Positions 33,229 through 41,611 of a stretch of 64,000 bases of DNA are shown piece after piece. The stretch's first letter is position 1. Each line of letters starts with the position of its first letter. Location: contig JBBCJT010000030.1 of NCBI GenBank assembly GCA_037190665.1, positions 165 to 64,164 of the forward strand, read 5' to 3'. The notes beneath the pieces are model-generated. The model ran no database searches. It saw nothing but the letters and a program-made list of their open reading frames with translations, and was not told where the DNA came from. A program made the translations under genes and the position numbers. Origin of the DNA: Rhodovastum atsumiense (GTDB taxonomy: Bacteria; Pseudomonadota; Alphaproteobacteria; Acetobacterales; Acetobacteraceae).

Positions 33229-34026
33229 CTACACCGCCACCTCGCGGTTCATGTCCTTATAGAGCAGGTACTGCGCCTCATCCGGCCCGGTCGGATAGAA
33301 TTGCTGCGGGCAGTACGCGCCCATCCAGATGAAGTCGTCCGCCCAGATCTCGTGCCACTCGTCGCCGAGAAAATAGAGTCCCTGGCCGGTCATCATGTAG
33401 AGCCCGTGCTCCATGATGTGCGTCTCTACCGCCGGGAAGAACGTGCCCGGCGCGAAGCTCATCAGGTTCATCTCGAAATCGAAGCGCATGTCGCCGAAGG
33501 GCAGCAGGTGCTGGAAACCGCGGCCTTCCAGCCCGGTGTGATTGGTGCGCGGCACGTCCGCCTCATGCGACAGGATCACGCCCGGCGCGGGCAGGTCGAT
33601 CGCCTGATAGCGCTTGCGCAGCCCCAGCACGCGCGCCGGCGCGCCGCTCTCGTTGCGGATCGCAAACCCGGTCCCCGGCGGGATATAGGCGAAGCCGCCG
33701 CGTGGCAGGGCATGGGCGGGCCGGCCCTCGACACGGATCACCGCCTCGCCGGCGAGCCCGTAGTAGAAATGGCTCACCCCGGCCTCGGCGATCGGCTTCG
33801 GCGCGCCGCCGCCGGGGGCGATGTCGAGCGTGAACTGCGCGAAGCGCGCGCCGAGCACGGGGGCGGCGAGGAAGCGCACGTCGGTGCTCTCGTAGAAGGG
33901 CAGCCGGCTCTTCAGCACGCCTTCGGGCGGGAAGAACGCATAGTTCGGCCGTACCACGCCGCGATTGAAGCCGATGGCGCCGGCAAGCAGCTTGCCCGCG
34001 GGCGGCGGGGTGACGACAGGTCTCAT
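33229..34026 (-). CDS. allE: (S)-ureidoglycine aminohydrolase (bicupin)
   Basis: 265 aa from ATG 34026. The C-terminal half (NLMSFAPGTFFPAVETHIMEHGLYMMTGQGLYFLGDEWHEIWADDFIWMGAY...YKDMNREV) is collinear with E. coli AllE as I recall it. Confidence 0.8.
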   Translation of the reverse strand: MRPVVTPPPAGKLLAGAIGFNRGVVRPNYAFFPPEGVLKSRLPFYESTDVRFLAAPVLGARFAQFTLDIAPGGGAPKPIAEAGVSHFYYGLAGEAVIRVEGRPAHALPRGGFAYIPPGTGFAIRNESGAPARVLGLRKRYQAIDLPAPGVILSHEADVPRTNHTGLEGRGFQHLLPFGDMRFDFEMNLMSFAPGTFFPAVETHIMEHGLYMMTGQGLYFLGDEWHEIWADDFIWMGAYCPQQFYPTGPDEAQYLLYKDMNREVAV

Positions 34027-34104
34027 GCCTTGGGTTTCCTCCGGAGAACGATACGCAGCCAAGCACGGATTGCTCCGGCGGAACATCTTGGCTAGGGCGG
34101 GATC

Positions 34105-35139
34105 ATGGACCGTTTCGCCGATGCCATCGCCCATGCCCGCACGCATGAAACCCCGTGGCCGCGCACGCTGCGCGCCCATCTCGAAAGCGGCTTCTTCGAG
34201 CCGGCGCCGGACAACGCGGTGATCGGCCCGCTGCCGGATCGCGGCGGTCCGGCGGGCGTGATCCTGATCGACGGGGCGGAGGTGGCGCACTGGGGCGAAC
34301 CGGACCGCGCGGACGTGACGTTCAGCGTGGCGAAATCCTATCTCTCGCTGCTCGCCGGCATCGCGGTGGCGGACGGGCTGATCGCCGATCTCGACGAGCG
34401 CGTGGGCGTCACCGTGCGCGACGGCGGGTTCGAGGGTGCGCATAACGGCGCGGTCACGTGGCGGCACCTGCTGACCAACACCTCCGAATGGGAGGGCACG
34501 CTGTTCGGCAAGTCCGACGTGATCGACCGCAACCGCGACCTCGCGCGCGAGGGCAAGGCGGTGAAGGGCGCGGCGCGGCCGCTGCACGCGCCGGGCACGT
34601 ACTGGGAATATAACGACGTGCGGGTGAACCGCCTGTCGCTCGCGCTGCTGCACCGCTTCCGCCGCCCGCTGGAGGAGGTGTTCCGCGAGCGCATCATGGA
34701 CCCGATCGGGGCATCGTCCGACTGGCGCTGGGTGCCCTACGACAACGCCTGGGTGGAGATCGACGGCAAGCGCCTGCCGTCCGTCCCCGGCGGCACGCAT
34801 TGGGGCGGCGGCGTGCAGATCGGCGCGCGGGATCAGGGGAAGGTGGGCGAGCTGGTGCGCCTCGGCGGTGCGTGGAACGGGCGGCAGCTCATCCCGGCCG
34901 ACTGGCTCGCGGCGTCCTTCACGCCATGCCCGCTGAAGCGCGAGTACGGATTCCTGTGGTGGCTCAACACCGATGGACTGCGCGCGCCGTCCGCGCCGCA
35001 TGGCAGCGTGTTCGCGGCGGGCGCGGGCGGGAACATGACATGGATCGACCGCGGGCGCGGGCTGGTGGCGGTGTCGCGCTGGCTGGATCCGGCCGCCTAT
35101 GACGGGTTCTGCGCGCGGGTGATGAAGGCGCTGGGGTAG
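34105..35139 (+). CDS. Serine hydrolase, beta-lactamase/transpeptidase-like family
   Basis: 344 aa with the S-x-x-K motif SVAKS. Divergent from allE. Confidence 0.65.
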   Translation: MDRFADAIAHARTHETPWPRTLRAHLESGFFEPAPDNAVIGPLPDRGGPAGVILIDGAEVAHWGEPDRADVTFSVAKSYLSLLAGIAVADGLIADLDERVGVTVRDGGFEGAHNGAVTWRHLLTNTSEWEGTLFGKSDVIDRNRDLAREGKAVKGAARPLHAPGTYWEYNDVRVNRLSLALLHRFRRPLEEVFRERIMDPIGASSDWRWVPYDNAWVEIDGKRLPSVPGGTHWGGGVQIGARDQGKVGELVRLGGAWNGRQLIPADWLAASFTPCPLKREYGFLWWLNTDGLRAPSAPHGSVFAAGAGGNMTWIDRGRGLVAVSRWLDPAAYDGFCARVMKALG

Positions 35140-35236
35140 GCGCCTTCGGCTTGCCGGCTTCCGTTCCGGTGCGGGTGGAAGTTGATGCGCGGACGCAGTG
35201 CTTCCGGCCTCCGGCGTGGACAGGCCGCGCGAAGAG

Positions 35237-35782
35237 TCAGGACGCGAGACGCGCCTGCACGAAGGCCACGCGCTCGGCGACCGGGGCGAGCGGCAGCGGG
35301 ATCAGCGCGTAGCCCAGCGCGGTATAGGCCGCGACCATCGCCGCGTGCGTCGCCTCGGCCTCCGCGAAATCCTGCCGGCGTTCGGTATCGCGGGCGAAGA
35401 TCGCGGGCCAGGGCGGGGCGATGAACACGTCGCGCCGGTAGCGGAAGCGTTCGGCGGCGCGGCGCGCATGCGGCGGGACCGGCAGGCCGCAGAGCGCGAG
35501 ATACCCCGGCACGTCCGGCAGGCCGCGATCGAACAGCACCGGGCCGGAGAGGCGTGCGGCCTCGTGCCAGGAGCGCAGCTCCCACTGCAGCATCGCCTCG
35601 GCGAAGGCGGCGCGGTCCGCCCAGGGCAGGGCGGGGCCGTCGATCGCCATCTGGTCGCGGATGATCGCCCGGCCGGCTTCCGGCATGCAGGTCAGGCCGG
35701 TCGCGGCCAGCGCCTCGATCAGCGTGGTCTTGCCGGCGCCGGGCCCGCCGGTGACGACGATGAAGCGGTCGCTGTCGGACAT
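35237..35782 (-). CDS. AAA-family ATPase (small P-loop NTPase)
   Basis: 181 aa from ATG 35782, with GAGGAG upstream. Walker A GGPGAGKTT. Confidence 0.7.
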   Translation of the reverse strand: MSDSDRFIVVTGGPGAGKTTLIEALAATGLTCMPEAGRAIIRDQMAIDGPALPWADRAAFAEAMLQWELRSWHEAARLSGPVLFDRGLPDVPGYLALCGLPVPPHARRAAERFRYRRDVFIAPPWPAIFARDTERRQDFAEAEATHAAMVAAYTALGYALIPLPLAPVAERVAFVQARLAS

Positions 35783-35837
35783 GTGGTTCTCCTCGGCTTG
35801 CGCCAGCGCGGCAAAGCCCTCTTCGTCGAAACGGGGG

Positions 35838-35971
35838 TTCTCCCTCTCCCGCGTGCGGGAGAGGACCGGGGTGAGGGTGCTTCCACCAACACCACGGTGA
35901 GGTTTCGTCCCCGCGCAGACGCCCTCACCCTGTCCCTCTCCCGCCAGCGGGAGAGGGGACGTTGCGTGACC
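35838..35971. repeat. Composite GC-rich palindromic repeat (copy B): two CTCTCCCGC-N2-GCGGGAGAGG hairpins flanking the inverted arms CCGGGGTGAGGGTG / CGCCCTCACCCTG
   Basis: Seen directly. The right arm ends in GGGGACGTTGCGTGAC, as in copy A. Lies between the SRAP gene 3' end and the AAA ATPase 5' end. Confidence 0.75.
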
Positions 35972-36114
35972 GGCCCGCCCTCTTCCTTTCGTCCGTCTCC
36001 CGTCCCGGCCTGTCCGCATAGCTGACGCAGGCGGAAGAACGCCGGGCGACGGCCGACGCCGCCCGAGAGGGGACTCGACCTCCCGCAACAGGCCACCCCA
36101 CAGCGCCGCCCCTG

Positions 36115-36837
36115 TCAGGCCGCCGGCGGCAGGTTCTCGCGCGGGTGCAGCAGGTCCGGCCCGTCGTTGCGGATATCATTGACACCCGTGCCGACCGGCC
36201 AGGCATGCAGCGCGTCCTCCGGCGCCGGGCGCAGCAGCGCGGCCGCCGCGTCCCCGTCGCCGCCGAACCACGTCTCCACATCCGTCTCCGCGAGCACGCA
36301 CGGCATGCGCGGATGGATCGGCCGCAGCGTCGCGTTCGCCGCCGTGGTGATCACCGCCACGCTGCGCAGGATCGATCCGTCCGGCGCGCGCCAGCCGTCC
36401 CAGACGCCGGCGATCAGCAGCGGCCGCCCGTCCCGCCGCGCCACCGCCCAGGGGCGGCGGGGCGGCTTCTCGCCCTGCCATTCGTAGAACGCGTCCATCG
36501 GCACCATGCAGCGGCGGCGGGCGAAGCAGTCGGCGAACATGCCGGACTCGCGGATCGTCTCCGACCGCGCGTTGATCGGCCGCCGCGCGGCGGCGAGGTC
36601 CTTCGTCCAGCGCGGCACCAGCCCCCAGGCGAGCAGGTCGGTCTGGAGCAGCCCGGTCTGCGGGTGGCGGCGCACCACCTCGATCGCCTGCGAAGGCGCG
36701 ACGTTCCAGCGCGGCGGCGGCTGGGCCGGCGCGCCGTCCGCCGCTTCCTCCCCGCCCACGGGCGGGACGAACCGGTCGATGTCCCCCAGCGCGGCGAGAT
36801 CCTCGCGCGTGACGTAACGGGCGAAGCGGCCGCACAT
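36115..36837 (-). CDS. SOS response-associated peptidase (SRAP/YedK family)
   Basis: 240 aa. N-terminal MCGRFA (catalytic Cys2), WNVAPSQ, and PINARSETI. Confidence 0.9.
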   Translation of the reverse strand: MCGRFARYVTREDLAALGDIDRFVPPVGGEEAADGAPAQPPPRWNVAPSQAIEVVRRHPQTGLLQTDLLAWGLVPRWTKDLAAARRPINARSETIRESGMFADCFARRRCMVPMDAFYEWQGEKPPRRPWAVARRDGRPLLIAGVWDGWRAPDGSILRSVAVITTAANATLRPIHPRMPCVLAETDVETWFGGDGDAAAALLRPAPEDALHAWPVGTGVNDIRNDGPDLLHPRENLPPAA

Positions 36838-36948
36838 GGGGGCAGCCTATCGCGAACCCGCCCGGCCGCCACCCCTGCCCGGCGCTCGGGTCTGCCCGTC
36901 GCGACGGCGCTTTGACAGCGCCGTCCCGCCCGCGTTCAAGTCCGCCCC

Positions 36949-38802
36949 ATGCCCAGCTCCGCGCCCACGCCCACCTACCGTTCCCGCACCACCACCCACG
37001 GCCGCAACATGGCCGGCGCCCGGGGCCTGTGGCGCGCCACCGGCATGAAGGACGGCGATTTCGGCAAGCCGATCATCGCCATCGCCAATTCCTTCACCCA
37101 GTTCGTGCCCGGCCACGTGCACCTGCACAACCTCGGTCAGCTCGTCGCGCGCGAGGTCGAGGCGGCCGGCGGTGTCGCGAAGGAGTTCAACACCATCGCG
37201 GTCGATGACGGCATCGCGATGGGCCATGATGGCATGCTGTATTCGTTACCTTCCCGCGAGGTGATCGCGGACGCAGTCGAATACATGGTCAACGCGCATT
37301 GCGCCGACGCGCTGGTCTGCATCTCCAACTGCGACAAGATCACGCCCGGCATGCTGGTGGCCGCGATGCGGCTGAACATCCCCGCCGTCTTCGTCTCGGG
37401 CGGGCCGATGGAGGCCGGCAAGGTCGTGCTGTCCACCGGCAAGACGCACGCGGTCGACCTGATCGACGCGATGGTCGCCGCCGCCGACGACAAGGTGAGC
37501 GATGCCGACGTGCAGGTGATGGAGCGGTCCGCCTGCCCGACCTGCGGCTCCTGCTCCGGCATGTTCACCGCGAACTCGATGAACTGCCTGACCGAGGCGC
37601 TGGGCCTCGCGCTGCCCGGCAACGGCACGGTGCTCGCCACCCATGCCGACCGGCGCGGGCTGTTCGTGGAGGCCGGGCACCTGATCGTGGACCTCGCGCG
37701 GCGGCACTACGAGCAGGGCGACGACAGCGTGCTGCCGCGCAGCATCGCCAACTTCGCCGCCTTCGAGAACGCGATGACGCTCGACATCGCCATGGGCGGT
37801 TCGACCAACACGGTGCTGCACCTGCTCGCCGCCGCGCATGAGGCGGAGCTGAACTTCACCATGGAGGATATCGACCGGCTGTCGCGCCGCGTGCCGGTGC
37901 TGTGCAAGGTCGCCCCCGCCATCGCCGACGTCCATGTGGAGGACGTCCACCGTGCCGGCGGCATCATGGGCATCCTGGGCGAGCTGGACCGCGCCGGGCT
38001 GATCCGCACCGATGTCGGCGCCGTGCATGCCGCGACGCTGGCCGAGGCGCTGGCGCGGTGGGACGTGATGCGCAGCGACAGCCCGAAGGTGCGCCAGTTC
38101 TTCTGTGCCGCCCCCGGCGGGGTGCCGACCCAGACCGCCTTCAGCCAGGACCGCCGCTGGGACGATCTGGACACCGACCGCGCCGGCGGCGTGATCCGCG
38201 ATGCGGAACACCCGTTCTCGAAGGACGGCGGGCTCGCGGTGCTGAAGGGCAACCTCGCGCCCGACGGCTGCATCGTGAAGACCGCCGGCGTGGATGAAAG
38301 CATCCTGCGCTTCTCCGGCCCGGCGCGGGTGTTCGAGAGCCAGGATTCGTCCGTGAGCGCGATCCTGTCCGGCCAGATCAAGCCGGGCGACGTCGTGGTG
38401 GTGCGCTACGAGGGCCCGCGCGGCGGGCCGGGCATGCAGGAGATGCTGTACCCGACCAGCTACCTGAAATCGAAGGGGCTGGGCAAAGCCTGCGCGCTGG
38501 TCACGGACGGGCGCTTCTCCGGCGGGTCCTCCGGCCTGTCGATCGGCCACGTCTCGCCCGAGGCGGCGAACAAGGGGCTGATCGGACTGGTCCGCGACGG
38601 CGACACGATCGAGATCGACATCCCCGCCCGCGTGATCCGCCTCGTCGTCGATGACGCGGAGCTGGAGACCCGCCGCGCCGCACAGGAAGCGGCGGGCTGG
38701 AAGCCGACGGAGGTCCGCAAGCGCAAGGTGACGACCGCGCTGCGCGCCTACGCCGCCTTCGCGACCAGCGCAGCCACCGGCGCCGTCCGCGTCGTTCCGT
38801 AG
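36949..38802 (+). CDS. ilvD: Dihydroxy-acid dehydratase
   Basis: 617 aa. [30 protein letters not shown] and [19 protein letters not shown] are characteristic IlvD blocks. Confidence 0.95.
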   Translation: MPSSAPTPTYRSRTTTHGRNMAGARGLWRATGMKDGDFGKPIIAIANSFTQFVPGHVHLHNLGQLVAREVEAAGGVAKEFNTIAVDDGIAMGHDGMLYSLPSREVIADAVEYMVNAHCADALVCISNCDKITPGMLVAAMRLNIPAVFVSGGPMEAGKVVLSTGKTHAVDLIDAMVAAADDKVSDADVQVMERSACPTCGSCSGMFTANSMNCLTEALGLALPGNGTVLATHADRRGLFVEAGHLIVDLARRHYEQGDDSVLPRSIANFAAFENAMTLDIAMGGSTNTVLHLLAAAHEAELNFTMEDIDRLSRRVPVLCKVAPAIADVHVEDVHRAGGIMGILGELDRAGLIRTDVGAVHAATLAEALARWDVMRSDSPKVRQFFCAAPGGVPTQTAFSQDRRWDDLDTDRAGGVIRDAEHPFSKDGGLAVLKGNLAPDGCIVKTAGVDESILRFSGPARVFESQDSSVSAILSGQIKPGDVVVVRYEGPRGGPGMQEMLYPTSYLKSKGLGKACALVTDGRFSGGSSGLSIGHVSPEAANKGLIGLVRDGDTIEIDIPARVIRLVVDDAELETRRAAQEAAGWKPTEVRKRKVTTALRAYAAFATSAATGAVRVVP

Positions 38803-38807
38803 GGCGG

Positions 38808-38847
38808 GACGGAAGCGGCCGGGATGGGCCCGGCCGCCCCTTCCGTC
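38808..38847. terminator. Long GC hairpin between convergent ilvD and the small hydrophilic gene (bidirectional terminator)
   Basis: GACGGAAG-CGGCCGGG-loop-CCCGGCCG-CCC-CTTCCGTC nested inverted repeats, located between the stops at 38802 and 38849. Confidence 0.55.
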
Positions 38848-38848
38848 T

Positions 38849-39052
38849 CTATCGCTGGCCGCCGCCGTGCCCGCCGGTCTTGCCGTGGGCCGGCTGGTCC
38901 TTCTCGTGCGACTTGTGCTCCGGCTGCGCATGGCCGCCGGCGCCGGTGCGGTTCTCGTGTGCCTTATCTTCGGGCTTGTGGCCGGGGGCGTGCTTCTTGT
39001 CCTCGGTCATCGGAGTGCCGGGGCGATGGGCGGGATTGGACGTATTGGGCAT
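38849..39052 (-). CDS. Small His/Gly/Lys-rich hydrophilic protein (67 aa)
   Basis: ATG 39052 has GGAGAA upstream. Product MPNTSNPAHRPGTPMTEDKKHAPGHKPEDKAHENRTGAGGHAQPEHKSHEKDQPAHGKTGGHGGGQR has no hydrophobic core. Confidence 0.55.
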   Translation of the reverse strand: MPNTSNPAHRPGTPMTEDKKHAPGHKPEDKAHENRTGAGGHAQPEHKSHEKDQPAHGKTGGHGGGQR

Positions 39053-39108
39053 GATCTGGCGTTCTCCGCTGCTGTGTCCGGAACACGATGTGCCGGACGC
39101 CCGCGGAG

Positions 39109-39134
39109 AACGGCGCCCGGCGCGCGGTATTTCC
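39109..39134 (-). promoter_or_regulatory. EcfG-type (general stress response sigma factor) promoter candidate GGAAA-N17-CGTT
   Basis: Minus strand reads GCGGAAATACCGCGCGCCGGGCGCCGTTCTC. The -10 element ends about 56 nt upstream of ATG 39052. Confidence 0.5.
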
Positions 39135-39185
39135 GCCATGGACAAAAAGTAAATCGCCGCGCCGCACGCCGTGTTGACTTGCGCG

Positions 39186-39214
39186 GGCCGGCACGGCCGG
39201 GCCCGTGCCCGGCC
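39186..39214 (-). terminator. Imperfect GC hairpin downstream of the second small hydrophilic gene
   Basis: GGCCGGCACGG / CCGTGCC(C)GGCC arms with one bulge, 14 nt after the stop at 39228. Confidence 0.3.
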
Positions 39215-39227
39215 GCGAGGGGCGCGA

Positions 39228-39413
39228 CTACGTCCGCCCTTCTTCCTCCACCTCCGGCGGCGTGGGCGCGGTGATGGTCTGTTCGTGGCCCTTCTTGTCG
39301 TGGGCGAGGTTGTCCTCCTCGTCCTTCTCCGCGTTCGGCTTGCCGCGGGGCTGGGGATCGTCGGTGGTGATCGGCCCGTGGCCGCGCTTCGGCTTGTCCC
39401 GTGGATCCGGCAT
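39228..39413 (-). CDS. Small acidic/basic hydrophilic protein (61 aa)
   Basis: ATG 39413 has GGGAGAG upstream. Product is MPDPRDKPKRGHGPITTDDPQPRGKPNAEKDEEDNLAHDKKGHEQTITAPTPPEVEEEGRT. Confidence 0.55.
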   Translation of the reverse strand: MPDPRDKPKRGHGPITTDDPQPRGKPNAEKDEEDNLAHDKKGHEQTITAPTPPEVEEEGRT

Positions 39414-39458
39414 GTTGCGCTCTCCCGCTGCGGTGGCGTGCCACCAGGATGTGGTGAC

Positions 39459-39484
39459 AACGGCGCGGCGCCGCCCGTGTTTCC
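39459..39484 (-). promoter_or_regulatory. EcfG-type promoter candidate GGAAA-N17-CGTT
   Basis: Minus strand reads GCGGGAAACACGGGCGGCGCCGCGCCGTTGTC. The -10 element ends about 46 nt upstream of ATG 39413. Confidence 0.5.
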
Positions 39485-39564
39485 CGCGGCCCCGAAAATA
39501 GATCGCCGGCCGGCCGGGCACCGGATTGCCCGCCGCCTCCCGCCGCGTCAGGCTCGCCGCAACG

Positions 39565-40788
39565 ATGAACGAATCGGGGGAACGCGCCGGGCCGGCGGCC
39601 TTGCTGGCGCTGCCGGACTATCGCCGCCTGTGGGTCGCGGGCGGGCTCTCCAACGCGATGCGGTTTCTGGAGATGCTGGCGGCCGCGCTGTTCACGCTGG
39701 ATGCCACCGGCTCCGCCTTCGCCGTCGCGCTCGTCACCGCCGCCCGCTCCGCGCCGATGCTGCTGCTCGGTGCGCTGACCGGCGTGGTCGCCGATGCGTG
39801 GGACCGCCGGCTGCTGCTGGCCGGCGCGATGGCGCTGGCCGCCGCCACCGCCGCGCTGCTCGGCCTCACCGCCTGGTCCGGGGCACTCACGCCGCTGCTG
39901 GTCGGCCTCGGCGCCTTCCTCGGCGGCATCGTCTCCGCCGCCGAGATGTCCACGCGGCGGCGGATGCTCGCCGAGACCGCCGGCCCGCAGCGCATCGGCC
40001 CGGCCATCGCGCTCGACGGCGTGACCAACGCGGTCACGCGCATGATCGGCCCGCTCGCGGGCGGGGCGGCCTATGCGACGATCGGGATCGCCGGCGCCTA
40101 TGCCGTCTCCGCCGCGCTGTTCGCGCTCGCTTCCCTGCTGGTCGCCAGCGTGACGCTGCGCCATCCGGTGCGCCGGCTGCTGATCTCCCGCGTGCCGGCG
40201 GAACTGCGGGAGGGAATGACCGTCGCGCGGGCCAACGGCGCGCTGATGATGGTGATCGCCGTCACGATCGTGATGAACGCCTTCGGCTTCTCCTACAACG
40301 CGCTGATCGCGCCGCTCGGGCGCGCGCTGTGGGACCTGTCGCCCGAACGCATCGGCCTGCTGGCGGCGGCCGAGCCGCTGGGCGCCTTCCTCGGCGCGCT
40401 GGCGCTGACGCGCGGGCGGGAGAACCTGCCGAGGAAGCTGGTCTTCGTCGGCGGGTCGGCGATCGTGTTCGTGGCCCTGGTCGGCTTCGCGCTCGCGCCC
40501 GGCTTCTGGCCGGCCTTCGCGCTGCTGGTGCTCGGCGGCCTCGGCTCGGCGGGGTTCGCCAACATGCAGACGACGCTGGTGCTGACCGAGACGCCGGCGG
40601 AAGCGCGTTCGCGCGTGCTGGGGCTGGTGACGGTGTGCATCGGCACCGGGCCGCTCGGCGCGCTGCTCGCCGGCACGCTCGCCGAGCCGCTCGGCCCTGG
40701 CGTGGCGGTGATCGTCATGGCCGTGACCGGCGCCGTCCTGCTCTCGCTCGCCGCATGGCGGTTGCGGCCGGAGCCGCCGCGCCTGTAG
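39565..40788 (+). CDS. MFS transporter
   Basis: About 407 aa from ATG 39565; the track ORF starts at 39526. Contains YRRLWVAGGLSN and 12 hydrophobic segments. Confidence 0.8.
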   Translation: MNESGERAGPAALLALPDYRRLWVAGGLSNAMRFLEMLAAALFTLDATGSAFAVALVTAARSAPMLLLGALTGVVADAWDRRLLLAGAMALAAATAALLGLTAWSGALTPLLVGLGAFLGGIVSAAEMSTRRRMLAETAGPQRIGPAIALDGVTNAVTRMIGPLAGGAAYATIGIAGAYAVSAALFALASLLVASVTLRHPVRRLLISRVPAELREGMTVARANGALMMVIAVTIVMNAFGFSYNALIAPLGRALWDLSPERIGLLAAAEPLGAFLGALALTRGRENLPRKLVFVGGSAIVFVALVGFALAPGFWPAFALLVLGGLGSAGFANMQTTLVLTETPAEARSRVLGLVTVCIGTGPLGALLAGTLAEPLGPGVAVIVMAVTGAVLLSLAAWRLRPEPPRL

Positions 40789-40822
40789 CGTTCCTCCCAA
40801 CGAAGACGAGGGGGGATGGTCC

Positions 40823-41611
40823 GTGGAGGATCCGCTTCTGGCGGCCGATGCCGTCAGCCTGCGGTTCGGAGGCGTGCGCGCGCTGAGCGATGTCAGCTTC
40901 GCGGTGCGGCGCGGTGAGCTGTTCTCGATCATCGGCCCGAACGGCGCGGGCAAGACCTCGATGCTCAACTGCATCTCGGGCCGCTATCGCCCGACCGAGG
41001 GGCGCATCCGCTTCGGCGGCAAGGACATCACCGGCATTCCGGTGAACCGCCGCGCCGCGCTCGGCATCGGCCGGACGTTCCAGAACCTCGCCCTGTTCGG
41101 CCACATGAGCGTGCTCGACAACATCATGGTCGGCCGCCACCACCTGCTGAAGCGCGGCTTCCTGTCCGGCATGATCTACTGGGGCACCGGCGCGCAGGCG
41201 GAGGAGCTGCGCCACCGCCGCGAGATCGAGGACATCATCGACTTCCTGGAGATCGAGCACGTCCGCAAGGCGCCGGCGGGCACGCTCTCCTACGGCTTGC
41301 GCAAGCGGGTGGAACTCGCGCGCGCCATCGCGCTGAAGCCGCAGCTCATCCTGCTGGACGAGCCGATGGCGGGCATGAACCTCGAGGAGAAGGAGGACAT
41401 GGCCCGCTACATCGTCGACCTCAACGTCGAATGGGGGATGACGGTGGTGATGATCGAGCACGACATGGGCGTGGTGATGGACATCAGCCACCGCGTCATG
41501 GTGCTCGATTTCGGCCGCAAGATCGCCGAAGGCCCGCCCGAGGCGGTGCTTGAGGACCCGCATGTCCGCAGCGCCTATCTGGGCGAGGTGGAGCCGGAGG
41601 CCGCCGCATGA
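40823..41611 (+). CDS. Branched-chain amino acid-type ABC transporter ATP-binding protein (LivG-like)
   Basis: 262 aa, GTG start. Walker A GPNGAGKTS and signature LSYGLRKRVELARA. Confidence 0.88.
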   Translation: MEDPLLAADAVSLRFGGVRALSDVSFAVRRGELFSIIGPNGAGKTSMLNCISGRYRPTEGRIRFGGKDITGIPVNRRAALGIGRTFQNLALFGHMSVLDNIMVGRHHLLKRGFLSGMIYWGTGAQAEELRHRREIEDIIDFLEIEHVRKAPAGTLSYGLRKRVELARAIALKPQLILLDEPMAGMNLEEKEDMARYIVDLNVEWGMTVVMIEHDMGVVMDISHRVMVLDFGRKIAEGPPEAVLEDPHVRSAYLGEVEPEAAA

